Source: Mobula hypostoma
Lineage: Eukaryota
Assembly: GCF_963921235.1 (NCBI RefSeq)
Contig: NC_086097.1
Location: forward strand, 252,280,001 to 252,344,000
Direction of reading: 5' to 3'
DNA: 64,000 nucleotides
Made by a program: the position numbers and the translations under genes. The notes under the pieces are model-generated. The model was not told the DNA's origin. It ran no database searches and was given only the letters and a program-made list of their open reading frames with translations. This document shows, in pieces, positions 1-11,789 of the stretch; within the stretch, counting starts at the first letter, position 1, and each line of letters begins with the position of its first letter.

Positions 1-1057
1 CTCAGACATCAGTCTCCAACCTCCAGTCCCCGGCCCGAACTGTCAGACATCAGTCTCCAACCTCCAGTTCCCGGCCCGAACTCTCAAACATCGGTCTCCA
101 ACCTCCAGTCCCCGGCCCGAACTGTCAGACATCAGTCTCCAACCTCCAGTCCCCGGCCCGGACTCTCAGACATCAGTCTCCAACCTCCAGTCCCTGGCCT
201 GGACTCTCAGACATCAGTCTCCAACCTCCAGTCCCCGGCCCGAACTCTCAGACATCAGTCTCCAACCTCCAGTCCCCGGCCCGAACTCTCAGACATCAGT
301 CTCCAACCTCCAGTCCCTGGCCTGGACTCTCAGACATCAGTCTCCAACCTCCAGTTCCCGGCCCGAACTCTCAGACGTCAGCTTCTAACCTCCAGTCCTC
401 GGCACGGACGCTCAGACATCAGTCCTCCACCTCCAGTCCCCGGCCCGGACTCTCAGACATCAGTCTCCAACCTCCAGTCCCCGGCCCGGACTCTCAGACA
501 TCAGTCTCCAACCTCCAGTCCCCGGCCCGGACTCTCAGACATCAGTCTCCAACCTCCAGTCCCCAGCCCGGACGCTCAGACATCAGTCTCCAACCTCTAG
601 TCCCCGGCCCGGACGCTCAGACATCAGTCTCCAACCTCCAGTCCCCGGCTTGAACTCTCAGACATCAGTCTCCAACCTCCAGTCCCCGGCTTGAACTCTC
701 AGACATCAGTCTCCAACTTCCAGTCCCCGGCTCGAACTCTCAGACATCAGTCTCCAACTTCCAGTCCCCGGCCCGGACTCTCAGACATCAGTCTCCAACC
801 TCCAATCCCCGGCTTGAACTCTCAGACATCAGTCTCCAACTTCCAGTCCCCGGCTCGAACTCTCAGACATCAGTCTCCAACCTCTAGTCCCCGGCCCGGA
901 CTCTCAGACATCAGTCTCCAACTTCCAGTCCCCGGCTCGAACTCTCATACATCAGTCTCCAACCTCTAGTCCCCAGCCTGGTCTCTCAGACATCAGTCTC
1001 CAACCTCCAGTCCCTAGCCTGGACTCTCAGATATCAGTCCCCCAACCTCCAGTCCCT
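1..1057. repeat. Tandem satellite/minisatellite with a 41-bp unit (ctctcagacatcagtctccaacctccagtccccggcccgga), about 25-26 units, running off the left edge
   Basis: The motif cagacatc (or a variant) recurs at 3, 44, 85 and onward at 41-bp spacing. The ORF at 691-969 is only a translation of this repeat. Confidence 0.95.
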
Positions 1058-1470
1058 CAATACCTTCAAATTCTTTGTAGTTTCTAACTTGTTGAAGTAG
1101 TGACATCATTTCCGTTTTACTCCCAGCTGTTTCTGGCATCTCTAAGCTTAAAATCAATGTGGAACATTTCTGAATTGTCTAACTGCTTATTTCTCACCAA
1201 CTACCAGTGACAAAAATCACTGCATTTTGAACACAAACACATGCATCTGATGCCATATAAAAAATGGTCCATTCTCAGCACAGTGTAGTGTTTAGTGGCC
1301 ACGCAAGTGCACGCGAATGGCGCTATCTTCTGTCCCAATTAATCAGCATAATGTCCCAAATAAAGGAAGGAAATCCAGGGTATTTTCTCTATTAGTTTTT
1401 GTTCTTTAAGGATTGTCCCAAACAAGTGGCTGCCCTGATTAACGGGTGGACCAAATAACTGGCTATTGTG

Positions 1471-1757
1471 TGGCGCGTGGCCAAGTGGTTGGGGCATTGG
1501 GCTCACGATCTGAAGGTCATGGGTCGAGACTCGGCCAAGGCAGCGTGTTGTGTCTTTGAGCAAGGCACTTAACCACACACTGCTCCAGTCCACCCAGCTG
1601 AAAATGGGTACTGGCTTATGCTGGGGGTTAACCCCGCGATAGACTGGCGTCCTATCCGGGGCAGGGGGGGAGTCTCGTACTCTCAGACGCTTCACGCCAC
1701 AGAAACCGGCATAAGCACCGGCTGATGGGCCACTAAGGCTCGGGACAGACTTTAACT
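1471..1757 (+). mobile_element. tRNA-derived SINE with a CORE-like central domain
   Basis: A-box-like tggccaagtgg, B-box-like ggtcgagactc, CORE-like tgtgtctttgagcaaggcacttaacc, and an ending of cagactttaact. A 5'-truncated second copy lies at 55092-55230. Confidence 0.75.
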
Positions 1758-1971
1758 AAAAATCTATGTATTATATAATTAAATTTACATTATCTTTATC
1801 ATAGTTTTTCATAATTTCTATTGTCATCTTTTATCTTCCTGGATATGCCTGCAAGAAAATGAATCTTTCATGTGGTGATATGTACGTACTTTACTGACTT
1901 CACGTTGTACTTGGCTTTCAGACTGTTTTCATCTCTTTATCTTGTTTTCATGTCAGGACTTTGAACCTATT

Positions 1972-2155
1972 TCTCTGACAGGTGTGAGGGATCTCCATGT
2001 GTACATGTACTGAGATGGATCTCTCTCTGGGTGTGAGGGATCACCCTGTGGTGTATCTGTACTGAGATGGATCTCTCTCTGGGTGTGAGGGATCTCCCTG
2101 TGGTGTATCTGTACTGAGATGGATCTCTCTCTGACAGGTGTGAGGGATCTCCATG
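1972..2155. repeat. Minisatellite (units of 49, 52 and 55 bp) overlapping the NDUFAF6 3' splice site
   Basis: gtgtgagggatc starts at 1982, 2031, 2083 and 2138. tctctgacaggtgtgagggatctccatg occurs at both 1972 and 2128. Confidence 0.9.
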
Positions 2156-2271
2156 CTGATCATGCTGCGAGCCACATTGGAAAAGCTCAGGGAATAGTCA
2201 CATGTCTCCGAGCAACTCCCTATCACAGTACACGACGCAAAGTGTATCTTCCACTGGACATTTGCCTGCTG
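2138..2271 (+). CDS. NDUFAF6: NDUFAF6 (complex I assembly factor, squalene/phytoene synthase-like), internal exon of 134 bp
   Basis: AG at 2136-2137 and GT at 2272. Encodes (G)[44 protein letters not shown], which I recognise as vertebrate NDUFAF6. Confidence 0.93.
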
Positions 2272-4242
2272 GTAATTTTAAATACTTGCTATTTTTTGAT
2301 AATGAAACGTTGTCTAAGTCTTTTAAACAAGGTGGAACTGATGCTTGATGAAAGAATGGTACAAATGGTGCATTTCTTTGCAAGCGGTGGGTGTGGGGTA
2401 TACGCTGCCTGAGGGGCAGTAGATCAGAGGTTGCTGGGTTCTTATTTAGTCAGGCTGTCTGTGGGTATATTTAAAGTGGAAGTTGATAGTTTCCTCAAAG
2501 GTTATGGGTGAGAAGGCAGCTGTATGGGGTTGAGTGGGATCCGGCATCAACTATGATGGAATGTTGGAGCAGACTCGATGGGCTGAATGGCCTAATTCTG
2601 CTCCTATGCCTGATGGTCTTTTTCGGAGGCTGTGCTTTCTGGTCCTAGACTCTTCCACCCTAGGAATCATCCTTTCAACGTCCACTTTCACCATTCAAAG
2701 GGTTTCAAGTAGATCGCCCATCATGAAATACAGCCGCTGGCATGCCTTTAACATTCAGTAGGTATCAGCAATAGATTCAAAGAGAGAGAGAGAGCTTCGC
2801 ACAGGTTGGGGAGAAAAGTTTAAAAAAGGATGTTTTGCAGAGCTCGGCGCATTAGCGGCAGACCAGTCGATTTGAAAAGAGAGTGAGCTTTGCACAGGTT
2901 GGGGAGAAGAGTTTAAAAAAGGAGCATTTCGCGGGGCTCAGTGCATTAGGTCGGGGAGAAGTGCGCAGACACAGTAGCCCAGCATCGTGCCAGGGCCCTG
3001 CTGAGAAGGTTATGAGATAAAAGAGAGACTCTGTCCAGTGGAGCGGTCGGTGGGGTGGTGTAAGTCATAGTAGTCGACGTCATCATTGGGGCTTCAGTGA
3101 GGACGGGCCTAGGCAAGGTAGGTTACCTTTTTTCCCTCTCTGACAAGAATAGTCGGTATGACTGCGAGGCCAGTTTTCTGGGTGTCAGATATGGGATGTC
3201 CGGGAAACTTCCAGCCTCTCTGATGATCACATCTGCGCCAGGTACATCAAACTGCAGCTCCTTAGAGACTGAGTTAGGGAACTAGAGCTGTAGATCGATG
3301 ACCTTTGGCTTGTAAGAGAGAGTGAGGAGGTGATAGGAGCTATAGACAGGTAGTCACCCCGGGGCCACAGGAGACAGAGAAGTGGGTGACTAAAGGAAGG
3401 CATCAGGTAGTGAAGAGCATTCCTGTGGCTGTTCCCCTTAACAATAAGTACTCCATTTTGAGTACTGTTTTTTGAGGGGGGTGGGGGGGGGAGGACCTAC
3501 CTGGGGGAAGCAACAGTGGCTGTGCTTCTGGCACTGAGTCTGTCCCCTGTGGCTCAGAAGGGTAGAGAACGGAAGAGGATGGCAGCAGAGATAGGGGACT
3601 CAATAGGGGGACAGAGAGACGATTCTGTGGGCGCGAAAAAAGAAACAAGGATGGTAGCTTGTCTCCCAGGTGCCAGGATTCATGATGTTTCTGAGCACAT
3701 ACATAATATCCTGAAATGGAAGGGTGAGCGGCCTGAGGTCGTGGTACATATTGGTACTAACGACATAGGTAGAAAAAGGGTGGAAGTCCTGAAGACAGAA
3801 CACAAGTTAGGACGGAAGCTGGGAAGCAGGACCTCAAAGGTAGTAATCTCGGGATTGCAGTCTGTGCCACGCGACAGTGAGTATAGGAATAGAGAGAGGA
3901 AGAGGATATATGTGTGGCTGAGAGATTGGAGCAGGGGGCAGGGATTCAGATTTTTGAATCATTTGGACCTCTTCTGGGGCAGATGTGACAAAAAGGACGG
4001 GTTGCACTTGAATCCGAGGGGAATCCTAGTTGGGAGTTTGCTAATACTATTGGGGAGGGTTTAAACTAGATTTGCCGTGGGGTGGGAACGGAAGTGAAGA
4101 GACAGAGGATGGGGAGGTTGGAGCACAAGTAGAGACAGTTTGTAGGGAGTTTGTGAGGAAGAATAGGCAGATGATAGAGCAAAGAAGCACTCAGTCTGAT
4201 GGTTTGAGATGTGTCTATATTAATGCAAGGAGTATCATAAAC

Positions 4243-5184
4243 AAGTCAAGTCAAGTCACTTTTTATTGTTATTTCAACCATAACTGTGAGTACAGAACAT
4301 CATCGATATAAGATGTTTTCCAGGACCATGGTGCTACATGAAACAATTCAAAAACTGCACTGAACTACGTAAGAAAAAACACAAAAACTACTCTAGACTA
4401 CAGACCTATCCAGCACTGCATAAAGTGCACAAAACAGAGCAGGCACTACAATAAATAATAATAAATAATAAACAAGACAATAGGCACAGTAGAGGGCAGT
4501 AGGTTGGTGTCAGTCCAGGCTCTGGGTATTGAGGAGTCTGATGGCTTGGGCGAAGAAATTGTTACATAGTCTGGTCATGAGAACCTGAATGCTTTGGTGC
4601 CTTTTGCCAGATGGCAGGAGGGAGAAGAGTTTGTATGAGGGGTACGTGGGTTCCTTCATAATGCTGTTTGCTTTGCGGATGCAGCGTGTGGTGTAAATGT
4701 CTGTGATGGTGGGAAGAGAGACCCCAATGATCTTCTCAGCTGACCTCACTATCCGCTGCAGGGTCTTGCGATCCGAGATGGTGCAATTTCCGAACGAGGC
4801 AGTGATGCAGCTGCTGAGGATACTCTCAATATAACTCTGTAGAATGTGGTGAGGATGGGGGGGTGGGAGATGGACTTTTCTCAGCCGTCGCAGAAAGTAG
4901 AGACGCTGCTGGGCTTTCTTCGCTATGGAGCTGGTGCTGAGGGACCAGGTGAGATTCTCCGCCAGGTGAACACCAAGAAATTTAGTGCTCTTAACGATGT
5001 CTATGGAGGAGTCGTCGATGTTCAGCGGAGAGTGGTCGCTCTGTGTCCTCTCCTAAAATCAACAACCATCTCTTTTGTTTTGTTCACATTGAAAGACAGG
5101 TTGTTGTCTCTGCACCAGTCCATTAGCCGCTGCACCTCCTCTCTGTATGCTGACTCATTGTTCTTGCTGATGAGACCCACTATG
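4243..5184 (-). mobile_element. Rex1/Babar-type LINE, 3' fragment inserted into CR1
   Basis: Minus-strand peptides WCRDNNLSFNVNKTKEMVVDFRR and HP-like..LFSLLPSGKR..FFAQAIRLLN, with a (TTGAC)n tail at about 4243-4258. Confidence 0.8.
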
Positions 5185-5944
5185 GCGGATGAACTCAGTG
5201 TGGTCAATACATAGAACTGTGACATTGTGGCCATTACAGAGACTTGGAATGTCTCAGGAGCAGGAATGGCTGCTGACTGTGCCAGGCTTTAGATGTTTCA
5301 AAAAGAACAGAGGGGGAGGCAAAAGGAGTGGGGGCGTGGAGTTGCTAATTAGGGACAGTGTCACGGCTGCAGAAAAGGAGGAAGTCATGGAGGGATAGTC
5401 TACTGAGTCAGTGTGGTTGAAAGTCAGAAACAGGAAAGGGGCAACAAATCTACTGGGTGTTTTTTTATAGACCACCACCCCCAATAGTAACAGGGATATC
5501 GAGGAGCAGATAGGGAGGCAGATTCTGGAACGGTGCAATAATAATAGGGTTTTTGTAATGGGAGATTTTAACTTTCCTAATATTGATTGGCATCTCCTTA
5601 GCTCAAGGGGTTTGGATGGGGTGGAGTTCGTTAGGTGTGTTCAGAAAGGTCTACATGACGCAATATGTAGATAAGCCAACTAGAGGAGAGGCTGTACTTG
5701 ATCTGTATTGGGAAATGAACCTGGTCAGGTGTCAGATCTATTGGTGGGAGAGCGTCTTGGAGATATTGACCACAACTCTATCTCCTTTACCATAGTGTTG
5801 GAAAGGGATAGGAGCAGACAACTTGGGAAAACATTTAATCGTGGAGTTCTGCATAGGTATGTTCCATTGAGGCAGGTAAAGGATGGTAGGGTTAAAGAAC
5901 CATGGTGTACAAAGGATATGGAAAATCTGGTTAAGAAGAACAGA

Positions 5945-8900
5945 GGAGATTTTAATTTTTGCTTAGACCCAGTCTTAGATAGATCAACTAAGGCTGTTAC
6001 AAAATCGAAGGTAGCAAATCTAACTTTATCATTGATAAGATTTAAATTTGATTGATATATGGAGAAGAATCAATCCTAAAGAAAGAGACTATTCGTTCTA
6101 TTCTCATAGACATAAAACTTATTCAAGGATAGATTTTTTCCTATTATCAATGCATATTCAACACAGAGTGAAAAATATGGAATATAAAGCAAGAATATTG
6201 TCAGATCATTCTCCTTTATTAATGACAATAATAATGACTGATAAGGAAGAAGTGGCTTATAGATGGAGATTTAATTCAACATTATTAAAACGTCAAGATT
6301 TTTGTGATTTTATGAAAAAGCAGATCCAATTTTTTTTGGATACAAATTTTCATTCAGTGGATGATAAATTTATATTATGGGATGCGATGAAAGCATATTT
6401 GAGGGGCCAGATAATAAGTTATACGTCTAAAATCAAGAAAGAATATATGGCAGAACTAGATCAATTGGAAAAAGAGATTACAAAATTAGAAAAAGAATCT
6501 CAAAGACATATGTCAGAAGAAAAACGAAGGCAACTTGTCAATAAGAAGTTACAATATAATATGCTTCAGACATATAGAATGGAAAAAGCAATCATAAGAA
6601 TTAAGCAAAGGTATTATGAGTTAGGTGAGAGAGCACATAAAATTCTTGCTTGGCAGTTGAAAACAGAACAAGCTTCCAAAACAATAAATGCAATTAGAAC
6701 AAGTGCAAATAAAATAACTTATAAACCTTTTGAAATAAATGAAACCTTTAAAAGTTTCTATTCTGAATTATATCAATCAGAATCACAAAATGATGTTAAT
6801 GAGATAGATAGGTTTTTATCACAAGTAACTCTTCCAAAATTGAATTCGGACGAACAGAAGGGATTAGATATGCCTTTTACATTAAAAGAGGTTGAAGAAG
6901 CTTTAGGATCACTCCAAAGTAATAAATCTCCAGGAGAAGATGGTTTTCCACCTGAATTTTATAAAAAGTTTAAAGATTTATTATTTCCTCCCTTTATGGA
7001 GTTAATACGTCAAGCAGAAAAAATACATAAACTCCCAGAATCTTTTTCAACAGTGATTGTAATAGTATTGCCAAAAAAAGACAGAGATCCTATGAAACCA
7101 ACATCATACAGGCCTATTTCTTTGTTGAACACGGATTATAAAATAATAGCAAAAATTTTATCGAATAGATTATCTAAATATTTACCAAAATTAATACATA
7201 TGGATCAAACAGGATTTATTAAAAATAGACAATTGGCAGATAATGTAACTCAGCTACTCAGTATAATTCATTTGGCACAAAAAAGGGATGAGAAGAGTAT
7301 AGTAGTAGCCTGGGATGCAGAAAAAGCATTTGATAGATTGGAATGGGACTTTTTATTTAAAGTATTAGAAAATTATGGGTTAGGAACATCTTTTATAAAT
7401 TGGATTAAAACTTTAAATACTAACCCTAATGCTAAAGTAGTGACAAATTCTCAAATTTCAACACCATTCCAGTTAAAAAGGTCAACTAGACAAGGTTGTC
7501 CATTATCACCTGCTTTATTTGTACTGGCGATAGAGCCATTAGCAGAACTAATCAGAATTGATCCAGATATTATGGGTTTTAGAGTTAATCAGGAGGAATA
7601 TAAAATTAATCTTTTTGCTGATGATGTTTTGATTTACTTAACAAACCCACAACATTCGTTACATAAATTATCTTCTAGATTGGATGAATATGGGAAGGTA
7701 TCAGGTTACAAAATAAATTGGGATAAAAATGAACTTTTACCTCTTACTAAAGGAGACTATAGCCAATGTCGATTAGCAACCCAATTTAGATGGCTGGTAA
7801 ATGGTATAAAGTATTTAGGTATAAGACTTGATAATGATGTAAAGAATTTATATAAATTTAATTATTTACCACTATTGAAAAAAATTCAAGAAGATTTGAC
7901 AAATCTACATGAGTAGATAGAGTCAATGTTATAAAAATGAATATATTTCCTAGATTACAGTATTTGTTTCAAACATTACCAATACAATTGCCACAGAAAT
8001 TTTTTCAAGAGTTAAATAAATGTGTGAGAAAATTTCTTTGGAAAGGTAAGATGTCAAGAATATCATTGGAAAAATTGACATGTAAATTTGAGTTAGGAGG
8101 GTTACAACTTCCAAACTTTAAGAATTATTATAAAGCAAATCAACTTAGATTTATTGCATCTTTCTTCGATGATCGAAAACCTGCATGGATTAAAATAGAA
8201 TTAGACAAGATAGGAGAAAATAGACCTGAAGATTTTATATATAAATGGGAATCTAAATGGTTACGGGAAAAGAAAGAATCTCCTATATTAATACAACCAA
8301 CACACATCAAATTTGCTGGTGAATGCAGCAGGCCAGGCAGCATCTGTAGGAAGAGGTGCAGTCGACGTTTCAGGCCGAGACCCTTACTCATTGGAATTTA
8401 GAAGATTGAGGGGGGATCTGATTGAAACGTATAAGATCCTAAAGGGATTGGACAGGCTAGATGCGGGAAGATTGTTCCCGATGTTGGGGAGGTCTAGAAC
8501 GAGGGGTCACAGTTTGAGGATAGAGGGGAAGCCTTTTAGGACCGAGGTTAGGAAAAACTTCTTCACACAGAGAGTGGTGAATCTGTGGAATTCTCTGCCA
8601 CAGCAAACTGTTGAGGCCAGTTCATTAGCTATGTTTAAGAGGAAGTTAGATATGGCCCTTGTGGCTACAGGGGTCAGGGGGTATGGAGGGAAGGCTGGGT
8701 TCTGAGTTGGATGATCAGCCATGATCATAATAAATGGCGGTGCAGGCTCGAAGGGCCGAATGGCCTACTCCTGCACCTATTTTCTATGTTTCTATGTTTC
8801 TATTTCTTGTATGTATAATTTGATTCAAAAACAGACAATTAAACAAGGAATCCATAAGTCAAAACAAAAATGGGAAACTGATCTGAATATTAATATTGAT

Positions 8901-9690
8901 GAAACAAATTGGTCAAGACTGTGTCTGACAGTATGACAAATACAATAAATGTTCGACTTAGATTAGTACAATATAATTTTTTACACCAATTATATATTAC
9001 ACCACAAAAAGTAAATAGATTAAATTCAAATCTATCCGATAAATGCTTTCGGTGTAATCAAGAAATTGGTACTTTCTTACATTCTACTTGGTCTTGTTTT
9101 TAAATTCAACCCTTTTGGATAAATTTAAGAGTCTTACTGGAACAAATTACTGGAACTCAATTGCCACATAACCCTGTATTATTTCTATTAGGTGATATTG
9201 AAGGGATAAAACCGAAACTTAATTTGAATAAATATCGGAAAGAATTAATAAAAATTGCACTGGCAGTAGCTAAGAAGACTATAGCAGTTACTTGGAAATC
9301 TGATTCGTATTTAAGTATGAATCGTTGGAACAATGAAATGGCTAGTTCTATTCCGCTCAAAAAAATTACTTATAATTTAAGAGATAAATATGAAACATTT
9401 TTGAATATTTGGCGCCCTTATTTACAAAAGATAGGATGGCATATTTAATTGCTTCGATAAAGATCTTGGTCCCTTGGGGAAACTAACGAATAAGTATACT
9501 AAATTTATTTTGAATCCCGTGGAGCGTGTGGAAACCTTCCAATATCCAGGTGGTTCTTTTTTTTTTCTTTCTTTTCTTTTTTAGGTGGGACTATATATTG
9601 GGGGGGGAGGGTTAAGGGGAGGGGGGAGGGTAGATATTATCTTTCTATGTATTCATTTTGAAAACTTAATAAAAATTATATTTAAAAAAA
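5945..9690 (+). mobile_element. 5'-truncated L1-clade LINE (ORF2: end of APE, RT, C-terminal Cys motif) with polyA tail
   Basis: 622-aa open ORF 6048-7916 with SRIDFF, SDHSP, KSPGEDGF, YRPISLLN, DAEKAFD, RQGCPLSP and FADD. Also CFRC..HSTWSC, a G-rich 3' UTR, AATAAA and an A-run. aacaga on both sides is a possible TSD. Confidence 0.93.
8293..8800. mobile_element. Chimeric insert in L1: Penelope terminal fragment (minus, 8293-8385) fused to a young CR1 3' end (plus, 8386-8800)
   Basis: The first part matches the Penelope end at 11825-11913. The second part encodes YSLEFRRLRGDLIETYK and ends in (tttctatg)n. Confidence 0.85.
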
Positions 9691-10720
9691 ACAGATAAGC
9701 TTACGAAAGGTTCAAGAAAGTAGGTATTGTTAGAGCTCTAGAAAATTACAAGGTTGCTAGGAAGGAGCTTAAGAATGGAATTAGGAGAGCCAGAAAGGGC
9801 CATGAAAAGGCCTTGGTGAGCAAAATTAAGGAAAACCGCAAGGTATGTGACAAGTATGTGAAGAGTAAGAGAATGAGCCATGTGAGAATAGGACCAATCA
9901 GGTGCGATAGTGGAAACATGCGCATGGAGTCAAAGGAGGTAACTGAGGTACTGAATGAATACTTTCTTCAGTATTCACCAGGGAAAAAGATCTTGGCAAT
10001 TGTGGGGATGACTTACAGTGGACTGAAACACTTGAGCATATAGACATCCAGAAAGAAGATGTGCTGGAGGTTTTTAAAAGCATTAAGTTAGATAAGTCAC
10101 TGGGACCGAATGAGATGTACCCCAGGCTACTGTGGAAGGCAAGGGAGGAGATTGCTGAGCCTTTGGCAATGATCAACGGGAGAGGTTCCAGAGGATTGGA
10201 GGGTTGCAAATATTGTTCCCTTGTTCAAGAAAGGGAGTAGAGATAACCTGGGAAATTATCGACCAGTGAATCTGACTTCAGTGGTGGGCAAGTTGTTGGA
10301 GAAGATCCTGAGAGTCAGTATTTATCAGCATTTGGAGAGACATAATCTGATTAGGGATAGTCAGTATGGCTTTGTCAAGGGCAGGTCATGCCTTATGATC
10401 CTGATTGAATTATTTGAGGATGTAACAAAACATACTGATGAAGGTAGAGCAGTGGATGTAGTGTGTATGAATTTCAGTAAGGTATTTGATAAGGTTCCCC
10501 ATGCAGGGCTCCTTCAGAAATTAAGGAGGCATGGGATCCAAGGAGACCTTGCTTTGCGGATCCGGAATTGGCTTGCCCACAGAAGGCAAAGGGTGGTTGT
10601 AGTTGGTTCGTATTCTGCTTGGAGGTTGGTGATCAGTGGTGTTCTGCAGGGATCTGTTCTAGGACCCTTCTGTGATTTTTATAAATGACCTGGATGAAGA
10701 AGTAGAAGGGTAGGTTAGTA

Positions 10721-11789
10721 CAATGGCATGCAAAAGTTTGAGCACCACTGGTCAAAATTTCTGTTACTGTGAATAGCTAAGCGAGTAAAAGATGAACTGA
10801 TTTCCAAAAGGCAGAAAGTTAAAGATGACACATTTCTTTAATATTTTAAGCAAGAAAACTTTTTTATTTCCATCTTTTACAGTTTCAAAATAACAAAAAA
10901 GGAAAAGGGCCTGAAGTATAAGTTTGGGCACTCTGTGTGGTCAGTACTTGGTAACACCTCCTTTGGCAAGTATCATAGCTTGTATACGCTTTCTGTAGCC
11001 AGCTAAGAGTCTTTAAGTTCTTGTTTGAGGGATTTTAACTTCATCAGTCCATAGGACTTGTTTCCAAAATGCATCAGGCTTGTTTGGATGCTCCTTTGAT
11101 CCTTTTGAATAGAACTTTTTGGTTGCAATGAGCAAAGGTACGTTTGGAGAAAAAAGGGTGCAGAATTTCATGAAAAGAACACCTCTCCAACTGATAAGCA
11201 CGGGGGTGGATCGATCATGCTTTGGGCTTGTGTTGCAGCCAGTGGCACAGGGAACATTTACTGGTAGAGGAAAGAATGAATTCAATTAAATACCAGCAAA
11301 TTCTGGAAGCAAACATCACGCTGTCTGTAAAAAAGCTGAAGATGAAAGGAGGATGGCTTCTACAACAGGATAATGAACCTAAACAATCCTCGAAATCTAC
11401 AATGGGCTACCTCAAGAGGCGCAAGCTGAAGGTTTTGCCATGGCCCTCACATTCCCCTGACCTAAACATCATCGAGAATCAGTGGATAGACCTCAAAAGA
11501 GCAGTGCATGCAAGATGGCCCAAGAATCTCACAGAACTAGGAGCCTTATGTAAGGAAGAATGGGCGAAAATCCCCCAAACAAGGGTTGGAAAAACCCTTA
11601 GCTGGCTACAAAAAGCGTTTACAAGCTGTGATACTTGCCAAAGGGGAAGTTACTAAGTACTGACCACGCAGGGTGTCCAAACTTTTGCTTCGGGCCCTTT
11701 TCCTTTTTTGTTATTATGAAACTGTAAAAGATGGAAATAAAAAAAAATTTCTTGCTTAAAATATTAAGGAAATGTGTTATCTTTAACTT
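10721..11789. mobile_element. Non-autonomous Tc1/mariner (DD34E) derivative with long inverted arms; the right end is lost at the Penelope junction
   Basis: TA at 10719-10720 followed by caatggcatgcaaaagtttg. Transposase remnants WTDEVK (minus strand) and HGGGSIMLW, QQDNEPK, WPSHSPDLNIIEN (plus strand). Confidence 0.88.

Noticed and set aside
1..1057. CRISPR-like regular repeat array
   Set aside because: The units are contiguous with no unique spacers, there are no cas genes, and the context is eukaryotic.
1075..1465. Possible DNA-transposon or MITE remnant
   Set aside because: I could not locate a paired TIR or TSD in the window.
1715..1750. Hammerhead-like ctgatgggccactaaggctcgggac in the SINE tail
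   Set aside because: It lacks the required CUGANGA and GAAA core and is only a hairpin.
3516..4064. SGNH hydrolase ORFs as host or novel enzymes (also 19958-20443 and about 51500-52020)
   Set aside because: Each lies directly upstream of an APE-RT ORF2. An esterase in ORF1 is a known CR1 feature.
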